Of a stretch of 64,000 bases of DNA, positions 53,691 through 64,000 are shown piece after piece. A program made the translations under genes and the position numbers. Positions within the stretch are counted from its first letter, which is position 1, and every line of letters begins with the position of its first letter. The DNA comes from Octopus vulgaris. Its lineage: Eukaryota. The notes under the pieces were generated by a model. The model had not been told where the DNA came from, ran no database searches, and saw nothing but the letters and a program-made list of their open reading frames with translations. The stretch covers positions 48,670,001-48,734,000 of the forward strand of contig OX597815.1 of assembly GCA_951406725.2 (NCBI GenBank). Reading direction: 5' to 3'.

Positions 53691-55034
53691 TTAAGTATAT
53701 CATTACTGGAATCATGGGATCGAATTTATCAACTGACCCCAGACACCCAAACTTCAGACTTTGTACTTTTATTCTAAATGCTATTATTAATATGTGTTAG
53801 CGGACTTCAGAATCATTAAAGCATCAGGAAATAAATGCCTTGTATTTGTGATTGAGTAGAATAACTGAGTGGCTAGTCTTGAATTTTTTGAGCTTTTTAA
53901 TAGATCAACTAAGAACTTCAAGTTTGTATTTTTGATTAATTAAACAAATAAATTTGCTTTCCATCCTTCAAGGGTTGACTGTATAAGAACTACTCAAGTA
54001 TTAGGCTTGATAACCAACTTCCCCAAAATATATTTAACTTTTGCTTTGGTCATAAATGAATTATTTTACCAAATTTGAAGAGATGAGAGGCAGTGCTGAT
54101 TCAAGCAATATTTGGAACTCAGAATATTAAATTCTCCTCAGATTGGAGTTCAGTTCTGCTTGATTTCTTAGTGATTTAACTTCAATTATATCAGTAATAC
54201 CCTAGAGAACTCACCCTCACCAACCTCCCCCCACTCCAAAAAAAAAAAAAAAGCACTATCTCCTATCTTCTGTAAGTACCTTTACAAGTCCAAGATTCTG
54301 TACCTAAGAATCTTTGGATCTTAGAACTGAAAACCAAAAACTAAAATAAACTATGTAGTCTGTCCTTTCCCTATTATGTCACCTTTTTATCATCATCATC
54401 TCCACTGCCACTATCATAATAATCAACAACAACAACAAGTAGCTAATAACCCATTACTGTTGCTTTAGAGTTCAGATTTTAAGGCTATTCTCAAGACCCT
54501 TTCATAAGTTTTCTGTGATGCATATGTATAACACAAACACAGACACTCATATTCACAATGATGTGTTGTTTGTTTGACTGAACAATTACATAAATTTGCA
54601 AAGTGATAGATAAACTGACAAAGAAATGCTATCTCACTGTCATTATCCGTGGTGTCTGTTGTGAGGCTATAAATTAACGTAGTCTATAAATGATATTGTC
54701 AATAAATTACATAGACTATAAATTATATAGTCTATCAGTCTATCTATCTAATGATTTAATAATAGACATCACACCTACATCATTTGTACTAATACAGTAA
54801 ATTACACACTAAAGTGATTGAAATTGCAAGAGATGACAAAATCTATAAAAACAATTTGGGTTTTATTGATTTATATATATTTTTTTCAAACCATATTAAA
54901 TTTTGTGACAATATCACATTTTTGATTCCTATCTAAAAACACAAAAACTCAAATGTTATTGCTTAGATCTAGACTGGTCAGGGTTAAACAGACCCATGAT
55001 CAAAAAACATTCTAGCTATCACCATATCCATGGT

Positions 55035-55405
55035 TGTGACTGTGTGGTAAGAAGCTTGTCCTCCAAACACATAGTTCTGGGTTCAGTCCCACTGTGTGGC
55101 ACCTTTGACAATTGTCTTCTGCAATAGTTTCAGGCTGACCAAAACTGTGTGAGTGGATGTAGTGGATGGAAACTGAAAGAAGCCCATCATATATGTGTGT
55201 GTATGTGTGTGTGTGTTTGTCCCCCATCTCTACTTAACAACTATTGCTGATGTGTTTATGTCCCCATAGCTTAAGGTTTCTGTAAAAGAGACTGATAGAA
55301 TAAGTATCATGATTATTAAAAAACAGTACTGGAGTTGATTCCTGTGACTAAAATTCTTCAAGGGGATTTCCCAGTATGGCCGCAATCTAATGAGTGAAAC
55401 AAGCA
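55035..55405 (+). mobile_element. SINE family A (diverged)
   Basis: Head, CORE-like segment and tail remain recognisable. Confidence 0.8.
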
Positions 55406-56440
55406 AAAAATAACAGATATGGTTTTTTTTTTTGGACAATGGTAATATCCATTATAATACTTTTTCACCAAGACATCAAAGTGCAGTTTAACCCTTTGAC
55501 ATTTAAACCAGTTATGTCTGGTTCAAATATTCTACCTGTTTCATATTCAAACCTGCCAGATTTGGCCTCCCACACTTACCTTACAGTGTGATTCTAAAAG
55601 TAAACGATAATATAATTAAAATCTCAAAGCTACAAGATAGTGCATGATAAATTCGAAACAATGTAGATAAATAAACATTACATTTGACAGAGTAATCTGA
55701 ATGCTAAATGACTGAGGGACATTTGGTTGTTATTTCTAGCAAACTCGGTGACAACCTAGACATAGAGACTCCTTTATTGGTGTTCTGAGTTCAAATTCCA
55801 CCAAGGTCAACTCTGCCTTTCCTTCTTTCCAGAGTTGAGAAAATAAGAACTGGTCATGCCCAGAGATCACTGTAATTGATTTCACAACCACCACCACCAC
55901 CACCACCACCACCATCATCATCATCATTTAACGTCTGTTTTCCATGCTGGCATGGGTTGGAAGGTTTGACAGGAGCTGGCAAGCCAGGGAGCTGCACCAG
56001 GCTCCATTGTCTGCTTTGGCATGGTTTCTATGGCGGGATGCCCTTCTTAAAGCCAACCAAATTACAAAGTGTCTAAACACAGACATCATACAGTCTGCCT
56101 TTGATTCTGAAGGGGAGGAATTTTGTCCCCAACGAAAAAAGTAACTCTCTGAATTTTGCCCAGCCTTTCATAAATTACTGGCCTTGTGACAAAATTGGAA
56201 ACTGTTACTGTTTAGGTATTATATTCACTTGTGTGCCATATTATTAATAAATAAACTTTGTGAACTATTTAAGGGTATTACCTTAAACTTATTTCTGAAA
56301 GAGAAATAACAAAGGAAAGGGGAGATGTTAACTGTAAAACTACATGACTATCTAAATTATGGTAAACTACAGGATATAAGGACAGTCAGAGTAAATGTCA
56401 GTATCTACAAGTCCATAAAACATTCCATACAAGTGTTCAA

Positions 56441-56834
56441 TATACATTATTTACATTATTTACATTCAACAGATATTTTTCCTCATCTTGTTTGTTGTTA
56501 TCACAACGTTTTGGCTGATATACCCTCCAGCCTTCTTCAGGTGTCTTGGGGAAATTTCAAACCTGGGTTCTCATTCCTGAGGTATTTTTCGACGTCATTA
56601 TTATTATTATTAGTGTTCAGGTCCTTGCTTGGAATTGAACTCAGAATCTTGGGGTTAGTAGCCTGCACTCTTAACCACTAGGGCATATGGCCTAGTGGTT
56701 AACAACATGTGGTTACCGTGTGGTTAACGTATGGCGAAATGTGTTAACAACAAACAAGATGAGGACAAATATCCGTCGAATGTAAATAAAGTAAATAATG
56801 TACATAATTCCTCATCTCTTAAATATAGAACTGT
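56441..56834 (-). mobile_element. Family HH2 element, copy 3, with a long inverted second arm
   Basis: Hammerhead motif at 56500-56545 (GAAA>AAAA), head palindrome at 56672-56701, inverted tail at 56740-56834. AAGTGTTCAA is duplicated at 56431-56440 and 56835-56844. Confidence 0.85.
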
Positions 56835-57346
56835 AAGTGTTCAACGTGTTTAGTTGATGTGAGGAGTGCCGAATTTAAAATTTCAAGTTCTTGTCATTGG
56901 TCTGACAGTGAGGTAAATAAAGTGGTCTTGTTTCAGCTTTAAAATACCTTAACTATCATCTATAATAGTATTCTTTTTAAATAGGTTTCAGTGTTATGCT
57001 TACCACAATTTAAATATGTATGGAATAAAATCAAGGACATAATCAAAATCTTTAACATAATGTAACAAGTTTGAGTGTTATGCTTTAAATAATTCTTACT
57101 ATGAAACAAAATCCAAGACATTATCAAAATATTTGTTTTATTATAAGTTCAAATATTATACTTTCAAGAACCATAAGTATGAAATGAAAGCAGCAGCATG
57201 AAAGAACTTTTTAATGCAAATGAATTGATGTTATAAAGATCTATAAATTTATAACTGTAAGAAATTCATTATGTGTGAGTTTGTATGAATGTGTGCATGT
57301 GTTTGGACACTGGGTGACGGTTATAAACCAATATCACTGAAAATAT

Positions 57347-57714
57347 GTTAGTTAGTTAGTTAGTTAGTTAATTTGGCTCAAAAGCAAATAGCAAGGCCAT
57401 GTAGGGGGACATGGAGTTAAGTACAGGGTGGTGTTCATGTAAAGAGTTCAGGCCACTTGAGGTCAAGGGAGGCTTTGAACAAAGCGGTCGTCGGCATCTT
57501 CACCATCTCGTCTGGCAAGCTTGTTCCACGGATCCGCAACCCGGACGGAGAAAGCTCCTCTCCTTTGATTGAGATGAAATCGTCGCAGGAAGAGCTTTTC
57601 GGAATGACCCCGCAGCCGACGCTCTGGAGCAGGAGTGAAGAACAGCTCTTTCGAGAGGTTACACTTTCCGCTTATGATGTTGTGGGTGAGAATGAGATCA
57701 CCACGGCGGCGGCG
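57347..57714 (-). mobile_element. CR1-type LINE 3' end with (TAAC)n tail
   Basis: RRRRGDLILTHNIISGKCNLSKELFFTPAPERRLRGHSEKLFLRRFHLNQRRGAFSVRVADPWNKL. It is CpG-rich, which suggests a relatively young insertion. Confidence 0.85.
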
Positions 57715-58189
57715 TGGAAAATATTAAGAGGATTGTGTGTCTTCTTGCCTGGACATTACATGATAGTTGTATAGAGCATCAGTCATACAAATGGTGCCAC
57801 TCATTTCCAGTCTTCCATGGAAACATGTCCAGCTGTGGGGAAATATGACATATGGTGGTAAGCAGGTTAGGGTTGGTGACAGGAAGGGCATCAGTCATAA
57901 AAAATCTGCCTCAATGAATTCCATCTGATCCATGCAAGCATGGAAAAGTGAATTTGTTTAAAAGATGATGATGATTTTGGCCAGGTCATGGCAATATATG
58001 GTATAGATAGTTGTGATTATTGTAATGGTATTTAGTGGCTATAGAAGTTGTTATGATGGTGATGATGAGGACGGTGGTGGTAATGGTAGTGGTGGTGGTG
58101 GTGGAGAGGAGGATGATGGTAAGGGTGATGCTGATGCTGATGAAAACTTTCAGCCATCATTGTCATCATCATTTTCATCCTGATCAACC

Positions 58190-58220
<31 letters not shown>

Positions 58221-58807
58221 TATTATCATCAGAGTCATCAAAGCCATCATCCATGCAAATATTCACAATTTTTAATGTCTTTTTTGTTATTTTCTCTTTC
58301 TATTTCTTTCTTTTTTTTTGTTTTTGTTTTTATGTGTGTTTTCACTCCAATATGCAACGGTTTTTCTTTCTTGTTTCAGAAAGGTAAAAAAAAAAAACTT
58401 TCCCCAAAACAAAGAAATGTCTGCAGGGATCTACTAGAAATATCAGTGATAATTCCTCTGATTTCCTCAGTTAGAAAAGACCAAAATTAGGCAAGAACTG
58501 TTCTTTTTACATAGAACAAAAAAAGAAAAGCCAAAACAAAAAAGCCAAAAAACCCAGTTCATTTTATTAAAATAATGGCATTGGTGTTAATTCAGGAATT
58601 AGAAGAAATATATGCCAGAATTCAGTTAATAAACATAAGGAGTGGACTGTGTGAAAAGGACCAAACAAAATAAATGGCATAAAATACTCACCGCCATACC
58701 ATACACAATTTTGATTCAAGAATTTATATATGTGTGAATACACACACACACACATAAATATACATGTATGTGCGCATGTATATGTATGCATACATTTATA
58801 TAATGTG

Positions 58808-58867
<60 letters not shown>

Positions 58868-58925
58868 TGTATATATACATATATATATACATAATTATGT
58901 ATGTATGATCTTGCATATATGATTT

Positions 58926-58960
<35 letters not shown>

Positions 58961-58983
58961 AAACATACACAGATACATAACAT

Positions 58984-59021
<38 letters not shown>

Positions 59022-60393
59022 TTATATATATACACACATATGTACAGATATAAGATAATCACAGAATAAAAAATAATAAAATTCAACAATAAAAAATAAA
59101 AGCAATAATGATACAAGTAAGAAATATAACTGATTATCAGCCAAAAGACATATATAACCATTTAATTTCTTTCTATCTTCCTTTTTTTCTTTATTTTCTT
59201 CTTTGCATTATTTATTTATTTGTTTATTTGTTTATTTATTTATTTATTTATTTGTTCATTAATTTATTTATTTGGTTTCTTATTTCCAAATGTATTTCAA
59301 TATTAAAAGAAATTATGGAAGAAACTCTTTAAAACCATATTTAATATACACAGTTTTTATAATAAAGAAATAAAAATTTTTGATGTTGTTTATCTCTCTC
59401 TCTGTTTTTCTCTTCTTCTCTCTTATTTTCTCTCTCTTTCTTTTTGCTCATCTCTTCTCTTGATCAAAGTATGACTAAATTCAATTCTGAAAAAATCTTG
59501 CAAATAGCTTCAGGTGTAAAAATAAATATAACAAGGCAGATTGAAATGTGAGAAAAACTAAGGTATGAAGATTAGAACAATAAAGAAAAAAATAACAATA
59601 AAAGCAATATAAAAAACAGTATAATGAAGAAGAAGAAAAAGGAGGAGGAGAGGATGGAGAAGTATAGTTCCGTTTCATTAAGAATTGTCATTTCATCTAT
59701 TTATTATTATCGTTGAAGTTATTAATTGTGATGATAGTGGTGGTGATGATGATGCTGATGATGAAGATCATCATCATCATCATCATCATCATCACTGTCA
59801 TTATAATCTTTATCATCATCATCATCATCATCATCCTCATACTACTGTTGTTTTTGTTTTTGACACAGCTCTCTGTATATTAATCTGAGGAAATTCATTT
59901 CATGAGGGTTAGAGCAGAGAATGTCTCATGGCTAAAAACACGAATATAACCTATTCAAATGAAATGGAAAATTCTTAACAGTCTCTCCAGAAAATTATTC
60001 ACTATTAGTAATCTCCATCTCGAGGCAATGAGTATGGATGCAAAGGGGAATCCGAAAAAAGTAATAATATTAATTATAATAAAATAAAATAAACAAGGAA
60101 AAAAAATGAAAGGAAATATGATACCAATAATAACAATAATATTGCTGGTGGGGATGATGATGATGATGATGGTGATAATAATAGTTTCTTTATTTGCCAT
60201 AAGGGCAATAGATGACAATGATAATAATGGTACTAACTCTGATAAATTGCTGGTAACTATTTATAGATCTTGAAGCAAAGTTCTAAACTTTTGGATACAT
60301 GGTTCAAATTTTGACCATCTAAAATTTTTCTGTATGTCTCAGCAAATATTGACATCTCTCTCTCTCTCTGTCTCTCTCTCTCTGTCTCTCTCC

Positions 60394-60460
<67 letters not shown>

Positions 60461-62873
60461 GTTTAATGAACACATTTTAATGGGACACACAGCATTTTTC
60501 ATTACAGGTTTGGTGCTTTTGTGTAATCTTCAGGCCATACTCACATGGCATATGCAAACTAAAACAAGATGATAGCTTGTATATGCCTTGTAAGCACAGC
60601 CCAAAGATTGCACCAAGACACCAGATGTGTTATAAAATGCTGTCTATGTGGTCTTCACTATACGAAACTGTTAGTATCTTTAAAAATATTTACTATGCTC
60701 ATTAAACAATATTTATCTCACACCAGATGAAATACTTTTTTTGTTGATCTTATCTTTACAGAACAGTATACTATATATATATTTTACAGCTGTATAGTAA
60801 TAGCTGATGGTATTTCTAATTATCATATTGTGTCATGTTCTGCTGACTTTAAGCAAAGATTATGTAACTACCTTTCTTCATTCAAAAAGAGGGAAAAAAT
60901 AAATTGTACAAGTTTGAGTAGTTTCATCTAGACTTTAAAAGACAGGGACGCTAAGTATGATATTAAATAGGCATTTATTAGCAGTGCTTTGCTGTATACT
61001 ATTGGGAATTTGAAATGTGATATATGCTTGAAAGAAATATTCCATATCATTACTTCTAATGGCAAGTTACTAAATTGCAGAAACGAAGTAACAGTAAAAT
61101 GTACTTATTCATTTAGAAGAGTATTTAAGTATTTTTAAAACAAGGATTTTTAATTAGAAATCATGTACATAAGTTAAACAAACCAAATAATAATCACAAA
61201 TTTGCTTGGGTTAGATTTTAACAAAGTATGATTTTAACAAAATATGATTAAGATTTCAATTTACTTCATTCATCTCAATTAATACTAGACTTCTAATATT
61301 CAAAAAAGTATAAAACTTTATTGCTAAGGACAGGTCTGATTATCTAAATTGGAATGATAACAATATCCTCTTACTTTCATTTCCTTTCAAATCTGTCCAT
61401 TTATCTTAAATGGCATCATATTATAGTCATTATGAGTGGTCAGTGACGTGAATGCTTCCTGACCTTATTGGGGTCTTTCTTCTACTACTAAGTGTATTAA
61501 ATAATCTATTAATCTATTCCCTTAATATCTAAAAAAATCAGTTCTAAGTTTGAGTAATTGATACCAGAATTATAGTCTTATCGTATTTCAAGGTAAACTT
61601 AACTGTTCTGTATCCTGGAGGTTTTATGATCTTTTACCGATGATATACTTTAAGGAGTATTACCTAATACTTGAATTCTCTGTTCACATCCCCCATACAA
61701 ATGAATAAAACTTTGAACAAAGCTGCATAGCAATGTTTACCTTGGATGAATATGTACTACAAATGAATCAACTAAATGTACATAAATGCTTCATCAAATA
61801 CATGTCAAGCCTACATCATTGCCCTCTTAAACAGCCTGTCATCCACCTAATACATTACCACTCACCTTTCATCATCAAACCTGTATCACACATCCATCTT
61901 GTTTTACACCTCCTTATCACTCATTTAGCCACTGCTATACCCCAACTTACCACATATTTTTATTGCCTCTACCTTTATCTCTCATGCTCTGAGTACTTGT
62001 ATTACTCATCTCTTAATTATTCATTTCTCTTAGTCTCACTGTATCACTGGAATGACTAAGGATGCTAGTGGATGTTACTGGAATGACTAAGAGCACTAGT
62101 GGATCTCCTCTTTACACAATACAGTGCTTCCAGAACAACTAAGGATGCCACTGCACCTGTGACACCTTTACTTCTCTCATCTTCATTTCCCTTACTGTGT
62201 CAACCATCATCAACATCATTTAATGTCTGTTTTCCATGCTGGCATATGTTTGATGGTCCAGCAAGAACTGACAATTCAAAATTCTACACCAAGTTCTGCT
62301 GTCTGATTTGGCATGGTTTCTTCCTAAGAGTATGACTGCACTAGACACACAAATACATCCTGCAATCTACCAATACTCCCTATTAGATATCAACAATCAT
62401 TATTCATCCTCATCATCCATCTACCCCTTGCTATCTATTATGCTCTCAACCCAATTATCTATACTGATGGTGTGATGGTAAAATGTACCCAGTACACTCT
62501 GTTAAGTATGTGAGGCAAGAAGTAACTTTTAGTCTAGTTGAAGGTGTGACAGCTTCCCTAGAGATGTTTCCAAGAAATGAAATGTATCAAATATACTGTG
62601 ATGCTGTTGGTGACAGGAAGGGTATCCAGCCATAGGAAACAAGCCAAAATTAAACTTATGATTCAGATGTGTACCTCTGACTCATGCAAGCACACAAAGT
62701 AGACATAAAATGATGATGATGACAATGATGGTATATATATATATATATATATATATAACAATGATGGTATATATATATATATATATATATATTTATAGAA
62801 ATGCATACACATACAATATACATAAACACACACACACACACACACACATGCACACACATATATATTTAGGCAC

Positions 62874-63298
62874 AGGCATGTCTGTGTGGTAAGAAGCTTG
62901 CTTCCCAGCTACATGGTTTTGGGTTTAATCCCATTGTGTGGCACCTTGGGCAAGTGTCTTCTGCTATAAGCCTTGGGCCGACCAAAGCCTTGTGAGTGGA
63001 TTAGGTTGAGGGAAACTGAAAGAAGCCTGTCATGTATACATATATGTGTGTGTCTGTATATATTTATGTCTGTGTGTCTTTGTGTTTGTGTTTGCCCCCC
63101 CTCCCCATTGCTTGACAACCAATGTTGGTGTATTTGCATTCCTAGTAACTTAGCACTTCGGCAAAAGAGATCGACAGAATAAGTACTAGGCTTACAAAGA
63201 ATAAGTCCTGGAGTTTATTTTTGCTTTTCTAAAACCCTTTAAGGCAGTGCTCCAGCATGTCTGCAGTCAAATGACTGAAACAAGTAAGAGAATAAAAG
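62874..63298 (+). mobile_element. SINE family A, full length
   Basis: Head, CACCTTGGGCAAGT, microsatellite and tail. Confidence 0.9.
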
Positions 63299-64000
63299 AA
63301 TATTATATCTATACACACACACACATATCATACTCTATCAGGTAATATGGAGTGCGTGATATGCACTTATTTTATATAAACAAATAGGCTGTGAAAAATA
63401 AACAAAATAGATAATATCATCATCATCAGCAGCAACATCTTTATCATCATCATCATAAAAACCTCACAATCATCATCATCATCAGCAGCAGCAAAAAGAG
63501 CTTCATTGCTACCAATATCATCTTTATTGTTATCAACCTTATTATAATCATGCCCGCCCAGTCTCTACTACTATGGACGTCCTCGCCATCATCATCATCA
63601 TTATCATCACCATTGTTGTCATCATCTCTGTTGTCAAGTGGTCATCTACTTACAATTCATTTGGGTCAATTCAACTCAATCACTTAATCAAGAAAGGGTT
63701 TTCATTATGGCCAAATGTTGACCATTCCTGGAGGGAGAGAAACCCGATTGTTAAGATATTCAACAAAGCTAGCAATTAGAGAAGTTGGCTTGCTAGCTGT
63801 GAGTGGGTCAGTGTAGCCAGTGGCCATAGCACCATAGGTGAAATGGCAGTAAACTAACTAAAAACAATGAAGACGGACACTGTCTTCAGGGTATGTGCCA
63901 ATCAACATTGTCAGTCATGCTGAATAGCGGTATAATGGTAGATAGCTAGGTTGGTATGTGGATAGATTGATAGAGAGACAGATTGATGGGTGAACAGAGA

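Noticed and set aside
57457-57774. GC-rich 105-aa plus-strand ORF
   Set aside because: It is the antisense reading of the CR1 ORF2 C-terminus.
62043-62104. Direct repeat resembling CRISPR units
   Set aside because: It is a two-copy, roughly 31-bp tandem duplication without spacers, in eukaryotic DNA.

Overview
AT-rich, microsatellite-saturated animal DNA, probably a large intron or gene desert. Its SINE families resemble those of coleoid cephalopods, probably Octopus (recognised by eye, not by database search). I find no convincing intact host gene: nearly every ORF in the track is translated microsatellite or SINE. The real coding remnants are transposon fossils: a Penelope-like RT, R4/Dong-type LINE pieces in TAA arrays, CR1/L2/RTE 3' ends, an ORF1 zinc-knuckle element and Tc1/mariner transposases. 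The main signal is at least three sequence-unrelated families of short elements carrying minimal type-I hammerhead ribozyme motifs (CUGANGA-N-stem II-GAAA-palindromic stem III-GUH). One family combines a tRNA-like Pol III head, a hammerhead, an inverted 3' end and 10-13 bp target-site duplications, making it a candidate Penelope-mobilised ribozyme SINE. Two local templated duplications and several fold-back repeat pairs are also present. Coordinates were read manually and may be off by a few bases.
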